Source of the DNA: Octopus bimaculoides
Taxonomy: Eukaryota
Reading direction: 5' to 3'
DNA length: 48,052 bases
Assembly (NCBI RefSeq): GCF_001194135.2
Contig: NC_068985.1
Location: 106,831,104-106,879,155, forward strand
Positions 12,895 through 27,209 of the stretch are shown in pieces. Position numbers and translations under genes: made by a program. The notes beneath the pieces are model-generated. The model ran no database searches, was not told the DNA's origin, and worked only from the letters and a program-made list of their open reading frames with translations. Every line of letters begins with the position of its first letter. Positions within the stretch are counted from its first letter, which is position 1.

Positions 12895-15242
12895 GCGTGT
12901 GTGTGTGCACACAAAGACTGAAATGTTTGAGCAAGACATGTCCTCCCAATTCATTAGATTCAGTCAAACTGTCCAACCTGAACCAGCATGGAAAACAGGC
13001 ATGAAAATCATTAGTTTATGTGTATGTGTGTGTGTGTGGTTAAGCTGTTTGCTTCTTAAGCACATTGGGCAAATCTTTTAGTACAGCCCCAGGCTGACCA
13101 AAACCTTAAGTGAATTTGACAGATGTAAGCTGAAAGAAGCACATGTAAATGTGTGTGTGAAAGAGAGAGAGAGAGAGAGAGAGAGAGTGTCCTAGTGTCT
13201 TTTTACATTTGTTTTTCTACAAAAATAATAATTCTACCACTATTTTCTCTACTATTAATCAATAATCTTTAATTCTCCTTCCATCTCAGTAATAATAATA
13301 ATAATAATAATTTCTTGACAACAGCTCAATATATCCAACACATCTGCTGCTGAGATTGGCTTTTTGAATCACTTAGTATCTTCAATCAAAAGTCATGGCA
13401 GACTATCAATGTAAAAATTTAAGGCCACCATCTCTAGTTTATACCTCACTAATATGAACAATGCAGCAAATTGCAGCAACAAAGCCACACACATGTCTGA
13501 AATGAAATAGTATGTGCCTGTTGCGATCCATCAGAGGATCATTATAGAACTTTGTTGATATGCTGCAATCCTGTCCCCTGATAAAGCACACAGCTTGCAT
13601 GTCCTCAAATTTCACTGCATATTCTTTAGCACAATGAATGTATCCTGTGGGCATTTGAATAGCAAATCATTACAAACATACATACAGCAGATAATTATTC
13701 TAAGAAGGAAACCATTTTAAATACTGACTTCAATAAGTTATGCATTTATAATTATGGAAAGTTTTGCTTTCATAATTATGCAAACCTGAATTAATATACT
13801 TACAGTAGCTTTGATATCAAATATATTACCTCATTCATTTGTCTCAGCTGAAAGGTACTAAAAAAGTGTCATTTAAAGTCACAAATGTTTCACTGTCTGG
13901 TCACCTGCTCTATTGCTGTTCTGCCAAAGGTCAATTTTCTGTGCTATGTTTCATATGAGGAAAGAAGTTAGGTTTCAGATGTAAGTTTTCAGGAAATTTG
14001 TTCTGTAGCCAAAATATTCAACATATGCCAAATACCTGAGTTTTGAGTATTCATATAATGTTTTCCTGTTCAAACTCTTCACCATAATTATTCCATATCA
14101 GTTCAGTAAGTTCTATCTACTTTTGCTTTTTTCTTTTTTTAGAAATTATTCTTTCCCCACCCACATTTTTCAGGTTTTCTCCAGTCTTTTTTTGAATGAA
14201 TGAAAGCAATATTTTTGAAACATTGTTTTATTTATTTATGCCCATAAAAGAAATCATCACTATTATTACGGTTTGAACAGTTTCATCTTATTTTCAGCTC
14301 TCTATGCATGTGAGGTGTGTGAAGCATTATCTTTGAGGATGGAGAGTTGCTTTTGCATGCTACATATTTGGTTTGTTGTGAGGGTTTGTTTCATTGTTTC
14401 TACTGTTATACTCTAGTGTTTTACCTGTTTGTAGTGTAGAATATGTGCCACGTAAGTACAATTCTAGCAAACTAAGTAACCAAGGTGAAGATCATTTGTA
14501 GGTTCAGTTAAAGCCTCTTCTATTGACATATTTTATCATAGTAGTAATACATGGTGTAAACACTATGGAACAGTTGTAACTCTAAGTGAAATAAATGAAT
14601 TATATAGCCTGAATAAAATAAATATAAATGCAGGATAAGCAAAACATGTCTTTTAAGGGCCAGTACTTCATACCAGTTTAAGGCATGAAGATAAATCTTC
14701 TAGAGAGTATGCCAATCTATTAAAAGTAATACTTCCAGACAGTATTTATTTCCAAGAACAAAATTCCTGAAGTGAGTCTAAATACACAGCCTCTGACAGC
14801 ATACTTCGCTTTGCTTTCAGTTATATTACAAATTCTTGGAAGATCTTTTAAAGAAAATTTAGATTTTCTCACCATACCAAACAAATTAGAGTTGAGGTAC
14901 ACTACAAGTGGTTGCACACTAAAGTCACAACTGGTCTGGTGCACTTCACCCACAACAAAATAATCTGGTACATAAGAATCACAACTTGTAAACACACCAC
15001 ATTCACCAAAATTCACTGAATTTAAATTACTACCTCACATCACTCATATTCCTATTGTCTCATCTTTCTCTCCTCTAACACATACACTGTTAATGACTAC
15101 CAAAAATAGGTCCATTTACATTTATGAACTTCCGCTACAATATATCACCATAATCTGTATATAGAATCTAAAGATTTCTTTCTGTATATCTATAGCTTAT
15201 ACCTTTATTTCTCGGTTGTATTATTCAGATGTGTGTGTGTGC

Positions 15243-15325
<83 letters not shown>

Positions 15326-15490
15326 NNNNNNNNNNNNNNNNNNNNNNNNNNNNNNNNNNNNNNNNNNNNNNNNNNNNNNNNNNNNNNNNNNNNNNNNNNN
15401 NNNNNNNNNNNNNNNNNNNNNNNNNNNNNNNNNNNNNNNNNNNNNNNNNNNNNNNNNNNNNNNNNNNNNNNNNNNNNNNNNNNNNNNNNN

Positions 15491-15535
<45 letters not shown>

Positions 15536-18324
15536 AGGGTGGCTCTGGACTCAAATATCATTTTCCTCTCATGGTAAAACTGTCAACTAACAGTGAGAAC
15601 TGTAGTTAGTTTACAGGAATAATAATCTTGTTGCTGCATAATGCACCCTAATTAGTCTGTATAGTTAAGAAATTGAAAAATAGGAAGCATATAACTCACT
15701 TTTTTATATGCAATGCTTTAATATCTGTTTTTATTAGTACCAAGATCAGTTTTGATCTATGATCAAAGAAGCTGTAGTCATGAATATCATATCTTTTATT
15801 CAAACGTTATCCAACATTTCTTTCTCTTTTTAAGACATTAGGGAGTAATTTGAAGGATGTTTGGTAGCTATTTCTTACATGTTGTGTAACACATACCTAT
15901 TCATTTCTTTGTTGGTTCATTTAGTTAATATATAACACAGAGTATAAACTGCATGTGCTATATTAAGTATATAGTATATCTGTGTTGTTTAGGTCCTTAT
16001 ATCTGATGCTGCAGATCTATGATCAAAAGCACTCTGGCTATGATGTTCAGGGATTTTTTTCTTCAAACAGTGAATCTAGGAGTGCATTATTTAATGTGTT
16101 CTTTTTATTTTTTTAAAACCAAAGTGTTCCAAGAAAGATTTTGCTTATGTTTCTAGTAGGTTGAGTACAGGCTTGTACAGGCTTCCTCACTGACTCATTT
16201 AATGTCTATTTTCCAATACTGGCATGAAGCAGACAAGATCATGATAAAGTAGTGTGTCACTATATATGTTTCTTAATCTTGCATCCACTCCATCCATATG
16301 AGAATATATATTTCTATGTAACTAATTTCTAAATGACACATGATATCAATATCTTACAGCTAATTGAGATGTGTGGAGTAAAAAAAATTTTGAGAAGGGG
16401 GTAAAAAAAAAAATATTAAAACACTGAAGGTTCTAAAACATTGATGATCAGATAAATATCACCTCACCTTTAATAGCAAAATGCTATTGTCAGAGATGGA
16501 ATATGATTTGTACTTGGTATACTGCATCTTGAAATTTTAGCTCATATGATAATATACATACATACAAACAAACAAACTAGTAACTCAGGAAGTTGTAGAG
16601 CTGCAGGCTATTAGCAATCACTGAGAGAAAGAAAAAAATGGGGGTGGAGATGGTGAGAAGTGGGATGAAACGAGGTTGATCATTGATCAATACTATTGTA
16701 AATGAAGTAGCTTCTCATCAGTTTAGAAAAAAATCATTTTGTTAAATTGCACCAGTGACCTGATTGGTGACATGAGATGAAAATTACTTGTTGCTCTTAT
16801 TTAATGCTTACTAATATTTCTTTTTTAAATTATTCTCTTCAGTAGTTTGGTAAGTAGAGTTTCTCCCGAAAACAAATTACAGTTATTAGTGGTAGGCTAA
16901 CTAGGAAATCTATTTTCATTAATAATAATGATAATCAACAGTTACAGTAATAAACTGCTTCGAAAAACAAACAGCAACAGAAAAACAAAAAACATCAGAA
17001 ACAGTGTGTGTAATAATTCTATCAACAACTATTTTAAAACAAATTAATATATATATATTAAACTGCTATAAGCAAATCTAAATATCTTCAATTTAGTTTT
17101 AATATTTTTGACAACTGTTAAAATATCAATCATTGATTTCTTCTGCACCTAGACATATACTGGGAATTGATAGGACAGAGTTCAAGTGAGCTAGCTAGAC
17201 AATTGCTGATAGGAGATAATAGATGTTTATGATAGTACATAAGGTAGGCATTGTGGTAGTCAGGATGGTAGGTAATGGTGGTAGATGGTAACATTTGGTA
17301 GTGGTGATAGTCAACATTGGTTGCTAAAGAAAATTTGATATATTAGAGGCTTAATTTCACTGTAATGCAAACAGGTTCAATTTCAGTTGACTGTAACAAT
17401 TTTACTTCATGTATCTGAACGGTTTAAGTTAATTTGTCAGTAAGATTGTTTTAACTGTTTTAATTTTGGTTACATTTCCCTTCAACTACACACTACACAC
17501 CAGAACTGAGCTAACTCTACAACCATAAGGTTAAAACTTATGAGTATCATTGCACTTCATTCTATTGAAATAGCTTTTTGCTGGGCTAATGAGTTACTTA
17601 ACCTGCTAGAAATGGCTGTTAAATCTTCTTCAAATAGTTCCTTTCCAACTTAAAAATGGTGGTGATGGTCACAGCTTGAATGACTTGAACCATAGGTCTG
17701 CTGAACTGAGCTGGCCTAGGACTAATTAAGAACAAAATGTAGTTATGGATTATGCCATTAACAGCTTAAACTTCACTAATCAATCAAATGTTGCTGAAAG
17801 ACCATAAATCAAGGTTAAAATTACAACTGAATCAATAAACTACATTTCCATTGTGAATTAGAGTAAATGTTATGAAATAAAAGATTGTTTTATTTCTTAG
17901 ATAGATACTCTTTTATTGCTTCTAGTCAATTGATAACGGCCATAATGGAGCACTGTCATTATTTGATAGCATTTCACTTTTAAAACAAGAAAGAATTTGA
18001 ATCTAAAATCAGATCAAACACCAGTGTTTTTTTCCATCTTTCTTTCTTTGGCTATAATGTACTATAAAACATATCTATAGAATTTTTTTAGCCAGCACTA
18101 TGAATTGCAACAATTGTAGACAATATCTGTACAGTACGTGTGTAGTCAGAAAATGGAGGAATAGTTATAAGTACATTTCAACATATTTTGGAGTAAATTG
18201 TCAACAGTTGTGTATCACCTTTAAATATTCATGGACACATTGCTTATAAACCTATTAGAAGTTGAAGTAAACTGATAGACCAATTTGCATATTTAACATT
18301 TTCTTAGCAGCAAACCTCTGTGGG

Positions 18325-18363
<39 letters not shown>

Positions 18364-18610
18364 TTGCTATCACACTGGTGTGATGTGTAGATGTGGTGGG
18401 TGGAAGGCACAATGAAAAAGACTATGTAGAAATTCTATATTGTGTACTCAACACAAACTACAGGCCAACAAAAATTACCAATGGATCACATGCAGGACAG
18501 CAGAAAGAACTGGTTTCACAAGTAAGAGATGCAATTGTAAGTTTACAGTAACAGTACCTATGTAATTAATTCTTTCAAGAAGGCTCCCTAAAAGTCATTG
18601 AGAATTTTTA

Positions 18611-19010
18611 TTATATGGGTGACAAGGTAATCTAATTAGCAATGAAGGTGGATGTTGTGAAAGCATAGAGGCCAGTATAAGGATGGGGTGGAAAAAGTTC
18701 AGCTCTGTTGGCAATGAATGGCATTCCTTTCCAAGTGCAGGGTAGATTCTATGATGGTTGTGTATGAAGTGTGACATAGAATGTTAGTGTAACACAGACA
18801 TTGAATATGGAGGGTGTGCAAACATTGGAAAGAAATAAAGTGAAAATATTTCGATAGATGTGTAACAACAATATCCAAGAATAACAAAACACAGATAAAA
18901 TAGAAAAAGAAATGGACATTACAAAAATTAGTTTTAAAGTGCTAAGAGGAGACTGTATGGATAGGTGATGTGTATGAACAATGACAGTTGAATGAAGAAG
19001 TGCCATATTC
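18611..19010 (+). mobile_element. Old RTE-clade LINE 3' fragment
   Basis: Broken translation ISNEGGCCESIEASIRMGWKKF...QGRFYDGCV...LERNKVKIFR*MCN is colinear with the younger RTE copy at 22390-22870. Confidence 0.65.
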
Positions 19011-19419
19011 AAGGAGCCTGCACAAGAGAAATCTCTGTTGATTCACTGAGAAGCAATAAATTACAGAACTCAATATGTAACTGTGGAGTATTCTTCAACA
19101 ATTTATGACTGAAAGGCTCATAATTTTAGTATGTACATGAAAGAAAGACGCACAGAGAAAGTGAAATACAGCAAAAATATTTAGTGAAAGATCTGTTCAA
19201 CTCATGCAAGAATGGAAAAACAGATGTAAAACGATACATCTTTTTTGGTGTGTGTCTGTCTGTATACAGATACATATGCTCACACATAAAAATACATGCA
19301 ATACACATACATGCACACACACACAATTCCATTATAACAAATCTAAGGACAGTTTTTGCACATGCACTAAAAAATATGTAAATCTTAATGGTGATGCCAG
19401 ACAGATAATCATCATCCTA

Positions 19420-19560
19420 ATCATCATCATTTAATGTCTGTTTTACATGCTGGCATGGGTAAGATGGTTTGATAGCAACTGACAAATCAGAATACTACAC
19501 CAAGCTCTATTGTCTGCTTTGGAATAACTGTTGGATGCCCTTCCTAACACCAACCACTTT
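19420..19560 (-). mobile_element. (GAT)n-tailed retroposon 3' fragment, one of about 10 copies
   Basis: catcatcat...catgctggcatggg...ggatgcccttcctaacaccaaccact. Related copies near 12700, 19850, 23110, 24250, 25750, 27600, 30570, 34793, 36823, 38870 and 39310, in both orientations. Confidence 0.7.
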
Positions 19561-20879
19561 ACAATATGAAACAAAATAACAAAACAAAATTAATAAATAT
19601 AGTCTATAAAGAAGCACCTCTATGTTTGTCTACTTAGCAATATGCAGTTCATTCATCTGACATTATTGGAGTAACTAGTAGTTCTCTATCAGAGGTACTA
19701 ATTTGCATTTTTTTTCTTTTTCTTTTTGTATCCAGAACAGGTATAATGAAGTATTTCCTTGAAGGTATTCCACTTTTCTCAATCATACTATTCTATGCAT
19801 TCTTACACATGGCAACAGAAGTAGATATTGCAATTTTTCATTAATTGCATTCATTGACCTTGCTAGTGCCACATAAAAAGCACCCAGTACACTCTGTAAA
19901 GTGGTTGGTGTTAGGAAGGGCATACAGCCTTAGAGACAATGCCAAAGTGGCTATCACACTATAATTCCAATAATGTCTTTATTTATTCATACTGTTTACT
20001 TTATTTTGATTTTTAGTCTCTAATTGGATTGACAGTTGAGTTTTAAAATAACTCTTACTCAGCAATAACAACACAGCAGAAACATGCTCCTGTACACACT
20101 GTTCAACTAGTTCAGTGAATGAGCTCTTATACAGGGTCTAGCCAGTATGTCTGAAAATAAACATTACTTACTAATCAACTCAGCTATGCATGTAAAGCTA
20201 CATATATTAGATCAACAGAAGCAGGTTCACCATAGAACCTTGAAGCATTCCTATAAAGCAATACCACCCAACACTGACTAGCATGTGGAAGAAACGTCAT
20301 CAAAGGTCTTAACTGAAATAAAATCACAATAAACCAAATAACTGAAACACACTCCATTAGGAAATTTAAACCTATCATGAATGACTAGGGCAAGCTTGGC
20401 ACATAGCAACTTGTACAGACACCATATCTGATGAAAGATTTTTAAATCCAAAAAGATTCACTACACATGAATTACAACATGCTCAACAACAAAGCTCAGC
20501 TTACAATTATTTGTGAAGTTTATTTAATTTAACTGAACTCTCTATTTATCAATATGTCTATCTTTCTCAGTAACCCTCTAACATTCCCTTTACTTATCTC
20601 TACCACCTATTCATTTATCTACACACACACACATATATATATTACATCCATATATTTATCCAGTCATCTATTTATCTAGCAATGTTTTGCATTTCTCTCG
20701 CTGTGAAGGCCTACCTTCTACGTCACCTTGTTTAGCAACATGGTTTAGCATTAAAATCTAAAACAACTCTTATTGTCTATCAAACTATTCTGATGGAAGT
20801 TTTTGGATAACCCACTATTTAGTTGATATCAGCCTTTCCACAATGCTAATTAAAATCTTAGTTGTTATAGATGCATACC

Positions 20880-20934
<55 letters not shown>

Positions 20935-20988
20935 AATGCTTTATGATATCCCATCTATTAGCTACTATTATTCTATTATAACATTAAT

Positions 20989-21105
20989 ATGGAGAAAGCC
21001 TTCAGCAGAGTACCCCACTGTGTGATAAGATGAGCACTGAGGAGGCTAAGGATAGAAGAGTGGCTGGTGAAAGCTCTACAGGCCATGTACAAAGACGCTG
21101 TCAGC
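20989..21105 (+). mobile_element. RTE reverse-transcriptase fragment
   Basis: MEKAFSRVPHCVIR*ALRRLRIEEWLVKALQAMYKDAVS; resembles the KAFDRV region of RTE RTs and the copy at 33583..33765. Confidence 0.7.
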
Positions 21106-21782
21106 ACTAGCATAACTAGAAAATAACAATATGATGTTCACAGCTGAAATACTTTACATCATAGATCTACCGAATCAGACCCAGCCCAGTGTTAGACTGA
21201 AGCATAGCAGTTGGTCTCTTTGTGCAGAGATAATATCAGTATATAGTTGAAGAACAATAATAAATACATCTGTTGATTTTTTTTACTTCTAATTTTAATA
21301 TCTAATGTCAATGAAATGAATCATGTTGGTACATTTATAAGAAGGATGAAGTATTAAATACGCTTTTTTTTAACAATACTTTCAGCTTTAGCTGTTTCTG
21401 TAGCCAATGTCTTATACAGTGCACATTTATCTAATGCTGGTACGATGACAGTACCTCAGACAACATAGAGTTCTAACAGATATAACCACATTATAAATAA
21501 ATAAATAACAGAAATATTCCAAATTTGCTGCTTATTTCAGTGATACCAAGACTGTTTACAAGCACATGAGATTCTTGATGGATAATAACAATTAAGAACA
21601 AAGAAAGAAATAGAGATACTTGATGTGTGAGCAATTACTTAAAATAGAGATCTATTTCATCACCATAGATATGTTAATTATACCATGTATGTATTATGTA
21701 ACATAAGTAATGTATGTTGGCATGTGTGTATGTATGCAAATGAGTGTTTAGATATATATACATATACATAGACACATGTATG

Positions 21783-21862
<80 letters not shown>

Positions 21863-21895
21863 TATATATGTATGTATACATATATATGTATGTAT

Positions 21896-22974
21896 GTTAG
21901 GGGTTCACCAAAGATCAGTCCTCAGCCCCGTCTTGTTCATTATAACCTTCCAACCAATAATAGAGGAATTTAAGACAAGCTGCCCCTGGCAGCTGATGAC
22001 TTCGCTCAAATAGCCGAGACACTGCCAGAACTAGAGATGAAGTTAAGGGCAAGGAAGCAAGGTCTAGAATCGAAGGGCCTTAGGGTTAACATAGCAAAAA
22101 CCAAAATCTTAGTAAGTAGGAAGGCTGTCAAATCACAAACCCCTTCAAGTAGATGGCCCTGCTTGATCTGTAGAAAAGGCATGGGTAGAAACTCCATACA
22201 ATGTACTTGGTGTAAGCTATGGACACATAAAAGGCGCAGCAATATCAAAGGAAGGTTAACCAGGAATTTATTTTTTTCATGTGTGGCAGATGCACAGGGG
22301 CAATAAACACTGATGATGTACAGAAAATAGATTCTATCACATGCTAGGGGAAGAAACTAGAAGTAGTTAATAGCTTCTGCTACCTAGGCGACTGAGTCTG
22401 TAGTGGGTGTGGTTGCTCTGAGAGTGTAGCAGCTAGAATAAGAATAGCCTGGGTAAAGTTCAGGAGCTACTACCGATGCTGGTAACTAAGGGCCTCTCAC
22501 TCAGGATAAAAGGTAGACTGTATGATGCATGTGTGCGAACTGCCATGCTACATGGCAGTGAAACATGGGCCATGACTGCTGAGGACATGCGTAGGCTTGA
22601 AAGAAATGAAGCTAGTATNNNNNNNNNNTGCCATGCTACATGGCAGTGAAACATGGGCCATGACTGCTGAGGACATGCGTAGGCTTGAAAGAAATGAAGC
22701 TAGTATGATCCGCAGGATGTGTAATGTCAGTGTGCATACATGACAGTGTAAGTACCATGAGAGAAAATTTAGGCATAAGAAGCATCAAATGTGGTGTGCA
22801 AGAGAGACGACTGCGCTGGTATGGTCATGTGCTACATATGGATGAGGACATCTGTGTGAGGAAGTGCCACTCCTTAACTGTGGAAGGAATCTGTGGAGGA
22901 GGTAGACCCAGGAAGACGCGGGATGAGGTGGTGGAACATGATCTTCGAACATTGGGCCTCAAAGAAGCAATGAC
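21896..22974 (+). mobile_element. 5'-truncated RTE-clade LINE (RT C-terminal half, PHD-like finger, RRLRWYGHV region)
   Basis: GVHQRSVLSPVLFII, partly deleted (Y)ADD, GLRVNIAKTK, CLIC..CTWC..HKR..CGRC, GSETW, QERRLRWYGHVLHM, GRPRKT. Frameshifted; normal 3' tail absent. Confidence 0.93.
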
Positions 22975-23070
22975 AACCACTTTGAGAGTGTAGTGGGTGC
23001 TTTTTACGTACCACTGGCATGAGGGCCAGTCAGGCAGTACTGGCAACGACCATGCTTGAATGTTGTTTTT
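22975..23070 (-). mobile_element. Internal module of the (GAT)n-tailed retroposon, abutting the RTE end
   Basis: aaccactttgagagtgtagtgggtgc... is antisense to the plus copies at 19880-19920 and 34840-34880; contains catgagggccagtcaggcagtactggcaacgaccatgcttgaa. Confidence 0.7.
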
Positions 23071-23439
23071 CATATGGATGATGATGATGATGATGATATT
23101 TATAGCACCATCATGATTCAATGTCCACTTTTCTATGCTTGCACATCTGAGACGAAATTTGTTAAGGCATATTTTCTACAGCTGGATGCTCTTCCTACCA
23201 CTAACCCTCATCTGTCTAGAGATAATGTAATATTTCTATCTAACCATACATATTTTTCATAGAACTGGAAAGAAGCAACATTGATTATATGACAGTGGTG
23301 CCATTCACAACTATCGTGTAATGTCAAGACAAAGTTACATACTAAAACACAAATATGAATAGACAAACATATATGCATACACATACAAGCATAAACACAT
23401 ATTCACATACATTTATATATATATACATACATGTATATG

Positions 23440-23473
<34 letters not shown>

Positions 23474-23925
23474 GTATGCATTTGTATAAATATATGTGCA
23501 TATATAACTTTTGTGTCTGTGCATAAAAGTTATTTGTTCTTTTAAATTTGTCACCATAGAGTGCGGCAGCTGATATAGTTACAAATGAATTTGAGCCATA
23601 CACCAACATGTCAAGCTACCACTGCCATCAATTCTCCTATTAAATATCAGAGGCCAGTTACAGTTCAACAACAGAAACAAAATTTCATGCCTGAGAGATC
23701 TTCCTATATATAATCAAGCAATATGCTTAACCCTTACTGAAACATGTTATTTTAAGAAATAAACGATGCAGAAATACACATATCAAAGTAAGTTGGGTTT
23801 TGTGCAGTCAAGAAAGAAAGTATAGTACATCTATGAAGATGTCACACCTTTAACCTAGCTGTTAATGAAGTTCTGTTTAGTATGGCGAGACGATGAGGGG
23901 CAACAGTACTTGTGTGTTGGAAGTG

Positions 23926-23975
<50 letters not shown>

Positions 23976-24834
23976 GTTCCTTTTTTGTGGTCATTTTTCC
24001 ATTCTAGTATGTGTCAGATGAATATATAGATGAATATATAACTGAAGTATTGTTTTACAGGTGGATAGCCTTCCTGTGGCTAACCCTTAGTTATTTTATA
24101 AGAGATATTTTATTTTACTTGTCTTTCAAGACACAAAGCCACTAGATGACCCATTAGGGCAGGAAATGACAGAAACATTACTGCCCATAACTAACTGATT
24201 TGTAGAGAAGCACAAATGTAAGGACACACAGACGCACTTACACGCACACACACATCATTTTAACATTCTTTTCCATGCTTGCTTAGATCAGAGAGAACCT
24301 GTTGAAGCAAATTTTCTACAACCAGATGCCCTTTCTGTTGCTAACTGTTACCTGCTTCCAAGCAACATAATAATCCACTAGTCAATCAGACAACAATCAT
24401 AGTTATGTGGTGAACTGGAAACAAACAACACTGCTTGAAATATCCTTTTGTTTACAAAGATCACACAATATGTTAAGACATGTCAAGAAGTCTAGACATG
24501 CTTTTCCAGTTGACTGCAAGCAAAGGAAATATATATTTGTATGGACAGCAAGGCTGTTACAGTCTGTAAATAAATGTACAGACAAGGGAAAATATGAACT
24601 CATGCGCACAAACACATATTATTATAATAAAAACCACAAAAATCCTTGTGAAATACAGCTACCCAGGGTTTCCTGACTGAAATATTAATTTATTTTGCCA
24701 TTTACCAAGCTAGTAAAAACAAGACGGTTTAGTAACTGCATTCAATGCAATTGATATTTGAATGAGCACACACATTTACAAAAAGACAGAGAGAAACACA
24801 GTCACAGAAGATTCTTAATCTTTTTAAAAGATAC

Positions 24835-25077
24835 AGATTTTTAAGTAAGCATAAGAAACATCTTTCTGTACCATTCAAAGTTTGATGTTAGAAAAGATTT
24901 CCATTTGATATTGCAGTTGACATTCTCATCCTTAAGTTTCCAAATTAATGCCAAGAAGGTTGTTGCATGTCTCTTCTCGAAGTGTTTAAAGGTTGAAAGA
25001 TGGCTGTTGTATCTGGATTTAAATCTTTCTTCCACTGATCTAATCAATAACACTTGGTTTCTGTCCACCAACAACAA
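24835..25077 (-). mobile_element. Penelope-like element, GIY-YIG C-terminal remnant
   Basis: EERFKSRYNSHLSTFKHFEKRHATTFLALIWKLKDENVNCNIKWK matches the pattern FKxRYxxHxxSF...TxLSxxIWxLK...IKW that follows the YIG motif in Penelope endonucleases (recalled family knowledge). Confidence 0.65.
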
Positions 25078-25519
25078 TAATTCAGTTTTTGTCTACCAAT
25101 TTCCCTCACAAGGCATTAGTTGACTTGAGGGTATAGTATAGAATGCTAGCTGACAACATTCATGAAGTGGGACAAACCCCTAACCATATAGTTCCAAAGC
25201 CAACAAAAATCTTGTGAGTGGATTTCATAGATGGCAACTGAAAGAAGCCAATTGTGAGTGTGTGTGTATAAATATTGATCAGATAAAAGAAGTGAAGTGA
25301 GAGAATAGATGGTTATTCTGTTAGTTGACAACTGTTTCATAATCTATGTTAGTAGCATATATGTATGTATATCATGGTATCAACCAGATTATCAGATATT
25401 GTTATACATAACAGGTCATAATGTGCTTCATATCATTTTAGCTTTCAAATAATGTCACCTTGCTGGCTAGGTGAGCAAGTCAATATGTGTGCATGCATAT
25501 ATATATATATAAATTTATA

Positions 25520-25550
<31 letters not shown>

Positions 25551-27115
25551 TTATATGTATGTATATACATATATATATGTGCATATGCATATGTATGTGT
25601 GTGCATTTGTATTCGTGCGTTCCCTGTCTTGGTATCACATAATGGTTGAAAACAAGCAGCATCATCATTCAAGTGATGTTGCTTGTTGATGGTGGTGGTA
25701 CATATGCATGTGTTTGTGTATGTGTGTATTTGTTAGAGCATGTGTACATGTGTCATCATCATCATTATCATCAATGTTATAGCTGGCATGGGCTGGATGG
25801 TTTAACAGGATCTATGAGCCACAGGGTTGCATAATGTTCCATGTCAGATTTGGCAGGGTATCCACAGCTGGATGCCCTTCCTAATATGTACAACTATTAG
25901 TGAGTGCATGTACATTTCAGTGAGTGTAATAAGTGTGTGGCTACATCATCTAGTTTATATATGCAAAAGTCACACTCTAGGCGTGAGTGCATGTATCATT
26001 GAGTATGTAGATATGTATACTTGTATATGTTACACATACACAATGATACACACGCACGCACATGATGATGTATTTATATATAAATACATATATGTACCAG
26101 CAATACCATGTGAATGTGTGCATATCACTGTGTATGTGAGTATGCTTTACATTTTTATATTTATTAGAATTCATCCTAGAAAGAAGGAGTTGGCTTCTAA
26201 CAAAGAAACAAAGCTCCATTGTTGGAATTTGGATAACCACGATGAGAACTTACTCTTGCAATTGTAAAGTCTCAGTTAGCTAGTGTCTTTCTTTGCTTCA
26301 AAGTTGTAAATTTTCCAGATTGTCATTTAGACATTCACTAACATAGCCAAATTGCACTAATAAATATTGGTATAAATATGAATTTATATTCAGGGTAGAG
26401 CAACAGGGTTGAGTGAGTGTGTGTTTGCAGGTGTGTATATTTCACTGAGAAGTGTCACATTGTAAGTATGATGCATGTATATATGCATTTATCACTGTAC
26501 ATGGATCTCAGTACAGATGTAGGTGTTATGCTATAAGCACGAGTTGTATATGTATGCATCACTGTGAATGGATCAATGTGAATACAGGTCACCAAGCTGT
26601 GCTTATTTAGCCTCAGTCAACCCCGAGTAAGCAAACCTATAATCAAAAGTTAACAAGCCACAACCATCTTGGCTTTCTCTCTGGAACTGCAAATCTGACT
26701 GCATTCTCCAATACATCAATCCCATTTCAAGACAGTAGGCTGTAATGTGAGGGAGATTTGGTTGAGACTTCTACCAATTCAAATGACTACAGAGGTTCTC
26801 TCATTAGCTAAAATGTATGTATGTGTCATTACATATGTATGCATGTATGCATCATTACATCCATATATGCAAATCACTATGGGAATGTATACAAACACAC
26901 ATATGCAGGTACATGAATGGCTGTGTAGTTAACAAGTTCACTTTGCAGCCACATAGTTGTGAGTTCAGTCGCATTGACTGATAAATGTTTTCTACCATTG
27001 CCCCTGCATAACCAAGGTCTTTTGAGTTAATTTGGTAGAAGAAAACTGTAAGAAGTCCATTGTATATACATACATACTACATATGTATATATATGGTTTC
27101 ACATCCTATGTACAT

Positions 27116-27198
<83 letters not shown>

Positions 27199-27209
27199 TT
27201 TCACACCTG

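Noticed and set aside
13439-15016. ORFs 13439..13654 and 14720..15016 with protein-like composition
   Set aside because: No motif I can name and no convincing splice context; they may be very old transposase debris. A TBLASTX search would decide.
18005-18030. Minus-strand ctggtgtttgatct reads LVFDL, like the end of CaMKII exon 4
   Set aside because: No GT donor follows, and the upstream sequence is an A-run that does not encode HY or RLHDS; chance match.
20421-20460. ctgatga-aagatttttaaatcc-aaaa, hammerhead-like
   Set aside because: GAAA is absent, stem II has a mismatched closing pair, and no stem I or III partner is visible.
22541-22706. Exact 78-bp direct duplication (22541-22618 = 22629-22706) inside the RTE
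   Set aside because: The copies are identical and separated by a 10-N placeholder gap; this is the signature of unmerged overlapping contig ends, not a biological duplication.
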